Assembly (NCBI GenBank): GCA_035221665.1
Contig: CM069152.1
Span: forward strand, 37,758,001 to 37,822,000
Origin: Okamejei kenojei
Lineage: Eukaryota
Direction: 5' to 3'
DNA length: 64,000 nt
Shown here piece by piece: positions 38,036 through 50,929 of this stretch. Under the pieces are notes generated by a model that saw only the letters and a program-made list of their open reading frames with translations, was not told where the DNA came from and made no database searches. A program made the position numbers and the translations under genes. Numbering within the stretch: the stretch's first letter is position 1; every line of letters begins with the position of its first letter.

Positions 38036-41000
38036 TATTTTCTTCTGTTACTCTCTGTTTTATAAAATTGTGCAATGATGACAAGAAAACTGACCTTAAG
38101 TTGAAAGAAGGTAGACAAAATTGCTGGAGGAACTCAGCGGGTGAGGCAGCATCTATGGAGAGAAGGAATAGGCGTAGTTTCGTGTTGAGACCCTACTTCA
38201 GAAGCTGAAAGAAAATCTTTCAACCAGAAAAATAAAAAAATTAACTCCAGAAGCTAAGAATCTGACATATAGACAGAAAATGCTGGAAAGAAACTTAGCA
38301 GGTCAGACAGCATCAGTGGAGAGAGAAACTGAGTTAATGTTTCTTGTCAATGATCTTTCATTAGAACTGGAAGGTCTTCATCAGTTTTGATGAAGAGGCT
38401 TTTACCTGAAACAATATCTTTGCTTATCTTTCAGATTATGCCTAATTGGCTGAGGGCTCTGGCATTTTCTGTTTATATAAATTCTCAGTCTATATGATTC
38501 CTTAGTCCTTTGTAATGTCATTAATGCACTTTGCATGACTGAAACAGCATAATACCTCTTCCAAGTCATTCCAGGTGGAGGCCGGTTCTCTGGATACTTT
38601 CAAGCGAGCTAGATAGGGTTCTTAAAGATAGTGGTGTCAGGGAATATGGGGAGAAGGCAGGAATAGAGTACTGATTGTGGATGATCAGCCATGATCACAT
38701 TGAATGGCGGTGCTGGCTCGAAGGGCCGAATGGCCTAGTCCTGCACCTATTGTGTCCATGGCACTCTAGAAATTGCACTAAATGTTTCCTGGTGTGAGTT
38801 ATTTTTGTGCAGATGAACATCAAATGATGTTGCTAACAGTGAATTGTTCTTTACGGTATTAGAGTCATACAGCATGAAAACTGGCCCTTTGGCCCAAATC
38901 ATCCATTATTGGCAAGCTGTCACATCTGAACTACTCCCAGTTTTCTGCATCTCATATTCCTAAACCTTTCCTATCCATGCACCTGTCCAAGTTGTCTTTT
39001 AAATATTGTCATTGTACCTGCCACCACTACATCCTTTGGCAGCTCATTCTACATATTCATCATAATTGCGTTCCTATTAGATCTTTCCTCCCTCACCTTA
39101 AACCTATGGCCTCTGGTTCACCGTGAGTTCACCCTATCAATTCCCCTCATGATTTTATACACTCCATAAGATCACCCATTGGCCTCCTGCACTACAAAGG
39201 AATGAAGTCCTAGTTTGCTCTCTCTCATCCTATAGCCGCTCACCCTATTCTTTGACTGCCCCTTGCTCTCCAAATAATTCAGGCGCATCCCGCCTCTAAC
39301 CACTGGATGCTGGACACCTTCCGTTCTCTAAACCTCAAGGATCCCGAGCCTTATCACTGACTTGCCGGATTACCATGAGCTATTCCTGCATAACATTCAA
39401 TACTAACATAAATGTCCTCCTCCCTACAGTTAAATAAAGACAGATTTTCTTTAACAAAAAGTGTCATCCTCTTTCTTTCGTTGGAGACAGGCTGGTTCAG
39501 AAGCTGAATAAGTTTACCCTGATGCCACAGCATAACTAGAATTCTGTAGACAACTTGGTTTGTACTCTGTGGCCATCAGGACTTTACCTTCAAGCCTTTA
39601 TTCACAGTCACCTCCAGAAAGAAACATTGTGGAAAATCTAGAAAAACATTATTTGTAATAATTCATCTTGAACCTGCATAAGCATTTCAGATGAAGGGTC
39701 CCGACTCAGAACATCGACTGTCCATTTCCCTCCACAAATGCTGCCTGGCCCATTAAGTTTCTCCAACAATTTGATTTTGCTCCAGATTCCAGCATCTACA
39801 GTCTCTTGCATCTCCAAGGAAACTAGCAATTGAAAATCATCTCAACCTAGTTAGCAATTTGTTATTGTTGATATATTTTATTGCCCTGATCAGCCATGTA
39901 AATTAACAGTTCAAAAGGAAGCCAACTTGCTGATGCTGTGTGCATAAAGAGGTAAAATTAGGCCTTTCCCACATTCCAACTTGATCTGCAGCTTTATAGG
40001 GCAGACTTTCATGTCCATACAGTTACTATTTAAATGACTTGAATATTTCTGTCTTTGCCACCTGTTCCCGCAGTGCTTGCCAGATGCCATTACTGTTTTT
40101 CTTCTCATTTCCCCTCTAATCCTTCTACCAATTACCTTAAAGCCCCTGTCCCACTTATGTGGTCGCATTGAGGCGCGACGGTCCCGCCAAGGTCGCGCGC
40201 GATTTCATGCGCCTGCGCCTGGTATGGTAATATGGTATGGTACTTTACTTGTCACATGTTCTCAGGTACAGTGAAAATCATTTTGTAGACAGTTTAGTAC
40301 ATGTATCACTATACATAAGCCCTTAGATACATATTGGATAAACATCTCAGATACAGTACAAGCGTATGTTCCTGTTCTCCTTCGTGAGCCTGGCATAGGT
40401 TAGTCACAGCGGTTGTGATGAAGGGCCGTTCTTGAGGATCAGTTGGTGGCTGTGACAAATCTGCAGCTCAGCCAGTCCCAATTGATGCAGGGATGCCTGT
40501 GTGGGTGGTGCCCGCAGTCACTGTGAAAAGCATTAGGGTGTAGTAAAATAAATAGTGCCTAGTAATGGTCATTGTATGGTCATACATGCACAGAAACTCT
40601 GGAGCTGTTGGAATTTGCCAGTAAAATCTAGGCGGATTTGTATTTGTAGGTTAGGCGAATATTTAGTTTAGAATAATAAGGTTTGAAGGCCCCGCCCAAG
40701 ACCAGCAGGTTCTGCAGAGGCCACATGACATAAATTAGTACTCATAGATTGATGATCTGTGGAGTAGCTTTGTCACAGGCATATGCACGCAGCTTATGCA
40801 ACCCTGGAGCTTAAGTCAGTTATGCTGCTGCTTTTGCACTAGTAACCAGGAAGGTAGAGATCCAAGAGACTGCAAACGCTGGAATCTGGAGCAAAAAAAC
40901 TAACTGCTGGAAGAACTCAGCAGACCACACAGCATCCATGGTAGGCATTGGACAGATGTTTCATGCCGGGACCCTCCTTCAGACTGATCAAGAAGATAAA

Positions 41001-43040
41001 GCAGGAAGATAGTTACTCTGCTGCCCCTGCTCTTTAAAGCTGAGTTGACAGCACTTATTTATCAAGCAATTAGGTTTTATATCTATTGCCTTGATTCACT
41101 GGACATTTCAAGCCTAGATGTAGTGATGAAATCAATCCTATAGGGGATGTCCCACTGCGGCGACCAAATCTGCGGCTTTAGAAGAGTTTGCCCTCGACTC
41201 AAACTCACAGCATGGTCGACACGTGGTCCTAGGAGGTCACTAGAACTCTCCTTCATGCTGGAGGGAAGTTCCCAAATACTCGCGGCCTCAGCTAGTTTGC
41301 GGAAATTTTTTCCGCTAGTAAAATTTGGTCAGCATGCTTCTTTTTAACTCGTAGTGCAGTGGAGTGGGGTCGCTATTTAGTTCCAGGCAGCTGTAGGCAA
41401 TCTCCTTCGCTGACCGGGCATTTTGATTGGCACATTGGAGTTTTCAGGACCAAGGAAAACAGACCGGTAGGTAAAATGCCCTCCAAACTCTATTAAACGT
41501 TGTCTGGCTTCTTAAAAGTGTCTCCACTCCTTCTCCCCCCCCTTCTCTCTCCTTCTCTCCCCTTCTCTCCCACCCCCTCTCCTCGCTCTCTAAAGGACTT
41601 ACCGTTATCTGCCAGCCGTCTTTTACCTTCCTCTTCATTACGGGTGTGAATTTCAGACAGAGCTCCCCCGCTTTCCCTGACCCCCGCCTTTGCGATGTGT
41701 GTGTGTGTGTGTGTGTGTGCGATCGGTCGATCCAGCTCGCGGTTTCAACGCTGACGGTCGATCCAGCTTGAGGTTTTCCAAGCAAGTGCCCTCGAGCTTG
41801 AAGGTCGAAGACACTCTTCTTAACTCGCGGATTAGGTCACTGCAGTGGGACAGCCCCTTAACTCTTAAGTGCAGGTGAAAACAATTAAAAAGAGAGTTTC
41901 AAGTCATGTCATTTGTCAGTTTGGATTTTGTCATAATAATTGTGTAATTGCCTCAATGTACAGAATGGAATTTACTAACGTTTTTTTTTTTAACTCATTC
42001 ACCTGTTGCATGAGAATTCGACTTCACCCTTACTCCTCAAGTATACATGATTCCACCTACCTGTATCTGTTTTCTCTGATTCATTTTATAATTCTGGCCT
42101 TTTCGAAGGGAGGAGTTGGGCTGATAACAACGCCAGGAATTCTCTGGGTGTGCCTTGCACACCACATTAAAATTGGGTCTTGAGACCAGTCTAACTAAAT
42201 TGTTTAACTAATTGAGAACTAGAATTTCAAGTATGCACTAAATGGATCCTTTAATAACAGGGAGTGAAACACTACTGGCTATGTTTATTAATATCAAAAA
42301 TAAACTTTATTCAGAATTTTAAAAATAAAACAATAACTGTGAAAATTATTCATACATAGATACATTCAATAGCATCATACTCAATAATGTTTGCCCTATC
42401 TTTGAACCAAACACCTTTGCCATTCTAAGGTAAACACAAAATGCTGGAGTAACTCAGCGGGACAGGGAGCATCTCTGGAGGGAAGGTAATGGATGATGTT
42501 TCGGGTCGAGTCCATTTTTAGACCCGAAACGTCACCCATTCCTTCTCCCCAGGGATGCTGCCTGTCATGCTGAGTTACTCCAGCATTTTGTGTCTACCTT
42601 AGATTTAAACCAGCATCTGTAGTTCTTTACTATATTCAAACTGTGGTCCCCATTAGCCAGTTTGACTAACATTGTCAATAGAAACACAGATTTGAGTGAA
42701 ATTATGCCACGCAGCTAGTGAGAGTTTACTGCCAAACCTCCATTGTTCTGATAAAGAGTGAAGGGACAACAAATGGCATTAAGCAATAATAATCACCCGA
42801 ACGTACCTCTGTCAGACTGCAATTTATGCAAATTGTCCATCACACGTCCTATGTTGCAGCAGTGAACACATGAAGAAGAACATCATTGCTTGTGATGTGC
42901 TTTGAGCTGATCTGTGAACAATGTGAAAGGTTGACTCTCAGTTATCTAGGGGTAAAGGAGGAGAATGCCTGCATGAGTCGTTCAAGGCAGTCTGGTATAC
43001 CTAGCAACAGCTATTGATGGTGACTGTGTGCACCACCCAC
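41001..43040 (+). repeat. Intronic duplication, copy 1 (paralog of 50930-52137)
   Basis: Colinear from GCAGGAAGATAGTT to CACCACCCAC, apart from two copy-1-specific TE insertions. Confidence 0.9.
41142..41858. mobile_element. PIF/Harbinger-type MITE
   Basis: TIR AGGGG(A/C)TGTCCCACTGC; TSD TAT/TAA; empty site TCTTAACTC at 51061 in the paralog. Confidence 0.85.
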
Positions 43041-45149
43041 ATTGATCAGTTTGGGTGGTGCACAATCAGATGATCAATCAATGATAATCAATCCGATCAG
43101 TTTACAGTCTGTGCACCTGGACAAAAGAGCAGCAGGCACCAGCTTCTTCTCTAGACCTGATCTCCCTCTGCAGCCTTGGTGACCACCAGTGCCAGGCCCA
43201 TGTGGAGGATGTGGGCAGCGCCTGGCTCCTCCTCGCCAGGCTTTGAGGCTTTGCCAGGGGAACTCCTGCTCACCAATGCCTAACTATCCTAGGGACAGGT
43301 CCAACACTGGAGCAGCTTTGGGGGAGGTGGTCGGGCAGCTGCTGAGGACGGTGAGGCTTTCTCCTGTCCACACCGCCCAGCTCGTTACTGGAGTTAACGT
43401 CCCATCTGAAGTAGCCACAGGAGCAGTTGGTTCATCCGGTGTGGAATCCCAACACCAACAACCACCTGAACCCCACACCCCCCAACATTACCTGCACACG
43501 AATTGTCCCCATGCCCAAAATCAGCTTCTTTAACATGAAGGGATGTACCAAACCATGACCATTCCAGGCAACCAGAGCACCCACGGAGCTCAGCAGATTA
43601 GGACCTGGAAACCCAGGCGTCCTCTCCCTTGCTCCCTGTTATCCACAAACTGTGAATCAGCTGATGGAGGGCCAAGAGATGATTGCATATAAATGCAAAA
43701 CTTTTATTAGTGATAGTACATAAAATATTGTTGTAAGAGATGTAATCTGCTGATGTCCAGTGAGGTTCATGGTGTTGGAGTTAGAACTAGCCATATGTGT
43801 TTTCAGCACTCAAAAGCCTTTCATCCAATAATGGATGTATCTTGTGGAGATCACAGGCAAGGATCTGGTGGTGGCGATGGAGGGTAGGTTATCACCTCAG
43901 TTGTGCAGGGATGAAGCAGCTATTGGTGCTTTGCCCGCTATTCTTCAAGTGTTCTAATAGAGATTCCTGGCAAAGTCGTGCGTGAATGTCGACCCTCAAA
44001 CTCTATGAACTTCCCACCTTTATTACGATTACTGTTGTCACTGCCTATACAGATTATACAGTAGGCAGCTCTCAAATATGACTGGATTTATGGGACTATC
44101 AAAAGACAGAAAACGTTGCACTATAGTCATGACTGCTAATTGCCATGAGCCCTATTCCTACATTTGAGCTGATGTATGAATACCACCTGCCTATGTTGAA
44201 AATTCCCATTGATTCTGGATCTCGGGAGCTAGTGAACCTTAAAGGGCAGGCAACCGATTACCACTTTTAACTTCTTTTGATGGATTGCACTAGATAAGAA
44301 AATGATAGTTTTATTTCCTTCATATTACACAAGATTTGGGTCTGGTTATCTCAACGAGCGCCTGCACCTGCTGATCAGACCACACCGGAAAAGTGGGCAG
44401 GGTACTAAACACCAACTTATACCGTACCTTAGCAATAAGAGAAAGAGTGGCAGGGAAGGGGGTGCGGGACAAAGTGAGTGTGAGTGTTTATATATTGCAC
44501 TAAGGTAGAATATTAACTATGCACTTAGTAACTAACTATTGATTCAGTCTGGTGGTCTGTGGGTGGCAGATTTTATCGGGGAAGGTTTATGTTCATCAGG
44601 GAGCAGCAGGAAAGGTTCAAGAACAGTTCAAGCATGTTTGTATTCAACAGTATTTGACCTTATGTACTGGAAGAAAGACAATTTAAATAGTTTGAAGCAA
44701 TTGATTTAAACAGGAATTCTTCCTTAATCTAGGTTAGTGAGGCTTGAATAAAGTTAATCCATCAGATATACCCAATGATTTACATGGCATTTGAGGGAGT
44801 CAAGGCAACACTGGCATGGCTTGATGTTAAAATACAGCTCTGAGGTTGGGAGGTTGAATTGATTGGACAGTGATAAATACAATTGTGTTTTCTTTAACCC
44901 AAAAGAAAACTGATATGGCCGGTATAAAACTAGTTTTCCAAGCCAATGGACCTTTCCTCTCCATTGATGTGAATGATATTTACTGGAGTGTGAGACTGGA
45001 ATGACATCCAGTCCCAAGGGTTTCCCTGTCAGCAAGGTGGATTTATCTCGCTCCTCTCAAGTAAGTTGTGAGAGCTAACATATTTGTCCTTCTGTGACAT
45101 CAAGCAGCTCAGGATTGTGGGCTGGCATCCAGCGGGAATTCTGGACATC

Positions 45150-45848
45150 CAGTGGCGCTGTTACTGGCTGCCTCCGCCCATGGTCTGGTTGTCTTTTTTA
45201 TTTTTTGTTATGAGTGTGTTTTTGTAGTTTTTTTTCAGTATTTTATGTGGGGGAAGCGGGTAGGGTAAGAGGGAAACCGTCCTTCAGTCGCTTCCTGGGA
45301 TCGCCGCTTGGAGCTCCGGAGTGTTGGGCCGCTGCTCCAACATCGCGGAGCTGTGGGTGCGGAGCTCCCAACGCGGGCGGCGCTGACTTTAACTTCACGG
45401 AGTCCTGGGACCCTTTGCCGGGGTCGCCAGCTCGAATCTCCGCCAGAGCGGCCTGTGGACATCGGGAGCCGCGGACTCAGGTGGAAGGTGGCCGATTCAG
45501 TGGTCCAGGCCGCTGAGGATGTTCTCCCGTTCGATGTCAGGGTTCCATCGTTCCCAGCGAGAGGGCCTGAACATCGGGCCGCCCATAGCGGCGACTACGG
45601 GGTGCTCGGGAGGCCCCGACCACGGGTGAACATTGGGGGAACATCAGTGAGGAGGTTGACTGGACTTTGGTTCCTTCCCTCATAGTGGGGAACTTTGTTG
45701 CCGCTGTGGGGATGTTTGTGTTGTGGACTACTGTGTTTTGTGTTTTTTTTAATTTAGTTTTTTGTATGACTAAAGGAAAGAGAATTTTGTTGTCTCTTAA
45801 TTGAAGACATGACAATAAATTAAATCAAATCAAATCAAATCAAATCAA
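45150..45848 (+). mobile_element. Non-autonomous CpG-rich retroelement with Rex-like tail
   Basis: Head GTGGCGCTGTTACTGGCTGCC, T-rich stretch, GC-rich body, tail GACATGACAATAAAT(TAAAT/CAAAT)n. Confidence 0.6.
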
Positions 45849-47364
45849 ACTCCACGTTCCCACCAATCTTTGGGTAAGGCAATTTCTTCTGGATTTTCTG
45901 TTGGATTTCTTGGTGACTCTCTTGTGGCAATGGCCTCTGGTTCTGTTATTCTCTACAAAGGCAAGGTTTTAGTATCTGCTCCATCAGCACTTTACACTTT
46001 ACAAAACCCACTGGAAACCAACCAAAGAGTCTTTAAGATGGAACAGCTGAATTCTGCTCCCAGTCTATGGGGATCCCCTTCTGCTTGTCAGGTCGGCTGA
46101 TGTCCACCTTCTGTGTATTGAGACCTTATACATCGGTAGGTTTCTGATGGTTCAAAGGTAGTTTTAATGATGGAATCATAGACCTTTATAATGCAGGAGG
46201 AGGAGTAACGTATTGTGACTTTGCCGCCTGAATAAGCCAATTCGGACTAATGCCATTTCCAATCCCTCTCTTAAACCTTTGGATTGGTCCACTCCAAGTT
46301 CTCATCCAGGTATTTCCTAAATGGTCTGAGGAAATTTGCCTTTCCCACCCATTCAGACACTAAGTTCCAGATACCTACCACACCACTAATGGAGGAGAAA
46401 GTATTTTCCTTGACTTCTACTTATCCTCCTAAGCTTATCATAACCTTAAATCTTTTACCTCCTGCTACATTAGTCCTGCCTTGTGGATATAATGTGACTG
46501 AAGAGGTCACATTATTACCCAGTGGAGTTATAAAGGAATAAGAGTCCCTCATTGTCCGCAAGAAGCTTCTGCTAAGTGAGCAGAAGAGATTAAGTGGGTT
46601 TCAAGGAGAGAAGGGGTAAAAAAAAGGTTGAGAGAAAATAAGTAGGAGAACAGAATAATTATCTGAACTTATGAAACCTTTTGATTTACACCAGGAGAGG
46701 CAAAAATAGTATTTTATTTGATTCAAGGAAAGCAGGGTGGAATGACACTGGGTGGAAAAATTATCCAACCACGTCCCTCTCTAAGCGTTTGAGAGTCACT
46801 GACTCAAAGGTTTTGTCCTCATGGTGATCACCAATTATTGAAGTCTGGGGTTGACTTCATGACTTGATCTTCATGAGCAATAACATTGTGGAGATCATAT
46901 TGGACACTCTCTCTGCAGATGGCTCTAATTACTTTTAAAGCTTTGTTGAGGTGGAATTGTTTTCCCTTAAACTTGAGCCAATTTATAGATTGGTTTAGTT
47001 ACTTCTTCAAAGCAGTTAGGATTGTGAATTACAAACTTGGCTGACGTTGCTTTTGAGCCCGGGTGATATAACTGGAATTACATCAGCAAAAACAAACAGA
47101 GCAACTCCTCTTGGCCATGACACGACACCACCTGCTATAGGAATCCATTGGATTCACACAATGGCAACTTGTTTGTCTAAACAACCATAAAAAGATTGAC
47201 TTGGATATTTAAAGAAAAAAACATTGCAGGTCTAAGTAAGGCAGATTTGATTCAGAACACATGGGATCACAGGTCGATTAAAATCCACCATTGCTAAAAC
47301 TGAAGCTATTTGATCAAAGATGGTGAAGGAACATCATGTCTTGCTAAACTCCCATATGGTAAAA

Positions 47365-48050
47365 TACCTGCATCTACTCAGCACTTTTCAACACCTCAGG
47401 ATGTGCTGAAACATTTTGCAGCTAATTACATACCTCTGAAGCACAGCTGCTGTTATAACATAGGAAATTCATAGCAAGCTCCACTAAACGGCATCGTAAA
47501 GCTGGTCAGATTATCAGATAACGCAGCCGGTCAGGCATTTCTGTGGAGTGAAACAAAGTTAATATTTCATGTGACCTTTCATCAAAACTGTCCCAATCTG
47601 CACACTACAGACGTTGCCTTTTGTTCTCCTCATCTCTCCCCCACCCTCCCCCCTCTCCTGACCACTTTTTAAGTCTTGCTGATGAAAGTCCCATTGCTCT
47701 GTTATGAAATATTTCCACTGTCTTTTGCAAACCGTTCCCTAGTCTAAGGTAAAACCTTAAAAATGCTTCTGTAAGACAGGACTCAAGAATGCAGCAACAG
47801 TGCATTGGGGTGTTGGCCTCGCCCTAGATTATTGTATTCAGATCTTTGAAGTCGTTTTGAACTCTCAATCTTATTAGAGGCCTGACTACCATCAATCAAG
47901 CCATGGGTGACAGTCATTGCAAGGACATCAACTCTGGCTGGGCATCTGGGATGTTTAGTTTCCCATCCAAGTACTAACCAGGCCTGCACCTGCTTAGCTG
48001 CCAAGATCAGGAGAGATCAGGCATTTTCAGGCTGGTTGTGACATCGTAGT
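47365..48050 (-). mobile_element. 5S rRNA-headed Deu-domain SINE (AmnSINE1/SINE3-like architecture), old, with an internal insert at about 47520-47670
   Basis: 48050-47960 reads CTACG...CCTGAAAATGCCTGATCTC...GCTAAGCAGG...GGCCTGGTTAGTACTTGGATGGGA (5S A/C boxes), followed by tRNA-like/Deu-like blocks and an L2-type tail. Confidence 0.65.
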
Positions 48051-49364
48051 GCCATAAACCACCTTAGATAGACGCAAAATGCTGGAGTAAGTCAGCAGGG
48101 CAGGCAGCATCTCTGGATAGAGATAGACAGGCAGCATCTCTTCTATCCAGAGATGCTGCCTGTCCCACTGAGTTACTCCAGCAATTTGTGTCTATCTTCA
48201 GCGTAAACCAGCACCTGTAATTCCTTCCTACACATATGTGGACATCTTGACCTCCACTGAGAAAGCAACGGAGACTGGATAATTCCCACCATTTGCTTTC
48301 CCCCCCCCCCCACAAAAATAAGAACAATCGTACACTCCTCATGGATGTTAGCCGTGGCAGTGTTTGGAGATTAATATGTATTTCCTGGTGACTCCAGGGT
48401 AGCACTGGAAGATTGGCATTCTCTAGAGGAAGGTAAGAGGGGTTTGTGGAGACCTCTGAGAGTGTGGAGTAGGTAAAATCAGCAACCTTACCATTACAGG
48501 ACTTCCTACGTTCTTACACCGTACGGGACTGGTGCTGGGTTAGATGGTATGTGCCCTAAACCCCCACAAGCCTTAATTCTACACAATGACAGTGTATGCC
48601 ATCCAAGTTAACTATAATATACTTGTGGAGAATGTACTTGTTGTTTATGCCAGTTCCTGTGCTCATCATTCAGATGGAAACTTAATCCATCACTGACGGT
48701 CGAGCTCAGTCATTCATCTTAGAATCTAAGACCTGCTGTAAAAATGTTACCAATGGCCTGTGGCTTGTGGGACAACAAGCAAATGATCTGCTGATTCCTG
48801 CCATCACCGTGGACCGTGTCATAGTTTGATATAAATTCAGGAAATGCTCATAAGCTAGTTTTCTGATTAGGGCCAATTCTATGTTAATAACCAGAGAATG
48901 TTTTAGCAGATACATCTCAAAAGCAGACTAAGCAATGGACAAAATTATTGTGTAGCAAAGATTCAACTCAACACAAATGTCCTTAGTAAAAAAATGCCAC
49001 AATGCTTATCTTGCAGTTATCCTGGAGAATGTGAATTTAATTGAATCAGCTTTATCTAAAGGTGTGTCAGTAACTCTTTGTCAGATGCAGATATTGGAAC
49101 TTCTCTTCAGCTCTATGAATGAACACTGTTGTCTTCCAGCAGCGCATAACAGCCAACCAAGGCAAGGAAGTTCAATCTGAAGGTGGGTCTCAACCTGAAA
49201 CCTTACCTATCCATGTAGTCCTGAAATGCTGCCTGACCTGTTACTTCAGCACTTCGTGTCCTTTGAAGTTCAATCAATTGTTCATTCTCTGTCTGTTTAT
49301 CTTTACCTATTCATGGATGCCTAGTTAGAAGTTTACAGTGCTGTGAATATATTTTTTAAAATTT

Positions 49365-50050
49365 CAAAATAGGTTTTATTCAAGTAATAAATATATACAA
49401 TACAGGAACCGCGCAAAACATTAATCCGACATTTTCGGAGGCTATACAAACATTCAAAACTGTTTACACAAATTTCACGTATTTATCCCCCATCCTTGCC
49501 ACTCATGTGGCCCACTGGTGTGGAATCCCTCCCCTTATTTTGATGGGCGTCTCTACCACACCCTGCCCCCCCCCCCAATGTCCAGCAGCAGAAGGACACT
49601 AGACTGTGGTCCTCCCCCACCGAGCCTTGGCTTTGGCTGCACTGAGCTTCAGTGCGTTCCTCAGCACGTACCCCTGCAGTCTGCAGAGGGCCAGTCGGCA
49701 ACATTCCCCGACGGCCATTCCGCTCCGCTGGGAGGTCAACTAAGCTCTGGCAGACCAAAGAGTTGATGACCAAGTTGATGACCTTCCAGCAGCACTCGAT
49801 GTCAGTCTCCCAATGCGTCCTTGGGAACAGTCCGTAAATTACAAAGTCCTCTGTGACAGAGCTGTGACAAGGACCCTTACAAACCTCTCCAGACTTTCTT
49901 TGCAAATCCACACTCTGCAAAGAGGTGGGCAACCGTCTCCTTTCCTTAGCAGCCATCCCGAAGGTAGCATGCGCTGGTAGTGAGGTTCCGACGGTGCAGG
50001 AAGGATCTGACTGGGAGGGCTCCCCTCACCGCCAGCTAAGCCATTAACTG
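49365..50050 (-). mobile_element. Tx1/L1-clade LINE 3' end
   Basis: GALPVRSFLHRRNLT...ETVAHLFAEC (CCHC) and SSVTEDFVIYGLFPRTHWETDIECCWKVIN; AATAAA tail near 49375. Confidence 0.8.
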
Positions 50051-50425
50051 AGAGGGTTGTTTATTTGGCTCCTCTGATCGCGTTGGCATCTATTGCTTAT
50101 CCCAAATTGTAGTGGTGAGTTGTGCCCTTGTGCATATGGGTGCATGGGTTGGTGGTGGGGAGATCCATTGTTTGACTAGAGATTTGGTGACGCACTTTCA
50201 GGTTGGATCAGATGGGTATTGGCGTTTCCTAATAATTTCAGCCCTGCGTGGAAGTTGTGGGTTTCTTGGCAATTTCTTCCATTCCTTAGTTGATTTCTGG
50301 GTGTAGACTAATCATGTGATGATTATCTGAATTGGCATTTGTCCTGCCTAGCAGATTTTTCACGTTGTCAGATAGATAACAGTGCTGAAGATGCTTTAAC
50401 AGCCTGGCTGGAGGAGTATAAGTAA

Positions 50426-50912
50426 AGGGCCTGTCCCACTTGCATGCGATTGCATGCGTTTGGCGCGACCAAACGGAAGCGGAGTTTGCGGTAAGTACGC
50501 GCTAAGTTCGCGCATAACGTAATTCGCGTCATACTCGCCAATCAGCTGGGCAGGAGGCGGGCCGACTGAATTTGGGCGTCGCACGGCGTCGGGCGGCGAC
50601 ATCATCGCGCAACGCCAAGCTGGGCGGTGACGTCATCGTGCAACACCACGCGCTAGGCGTACGGCGTCAAGACGCTGCGTACGATGTCAAGACGCTGCGT
50701 AGTCCTCAATGCGCCTGCGGGCCGACAGACCGTTGGCACGCGGAATTTTCGGACAGTACGGGATTTTTGGAGCTCCGCGCGATGTCGGGACCAGCCCCGC
50801 ACAACTCCATACGCCTCCGCACTTCGACCAGCCCCGTGCGGCCCGTACGCCAAAAGCGACCACGTTTGCTCGCGCCAGACGCATGCAATCGCATGCAAGT
50901 GGGACAGGCCCT
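50426..50912. mobile_element. PIF/Harbinger-type MITE (487 bp, CpG-rich)
   Basis: About 43-bp TIR AGGGCCTGTCCCACTTGCATGCGATTGCATGCGT(T/C)TGGCGCGA; TAA TSD at 50423-50425 and 50913-50915; a related lone end lies at about 40140-40220. Confidence 0.9.
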
Positions 50913-50929
50913 TAACCTACCAAAACTGT

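Noticed and set aside
45001-45060. Alternative PPL exon 1 (ATG...CAA|GTAAGT)
   Set aside because: Phase 0 donor is incompatible with the phase 2 start of exon 2, and there is no PPL-like sequence
47960-48050. Functional 5S rRNA gene
   Set aside because: The 3' 30 nt and T-run terminator are missing, there are multiple substitutions, and it continues into a SINE body
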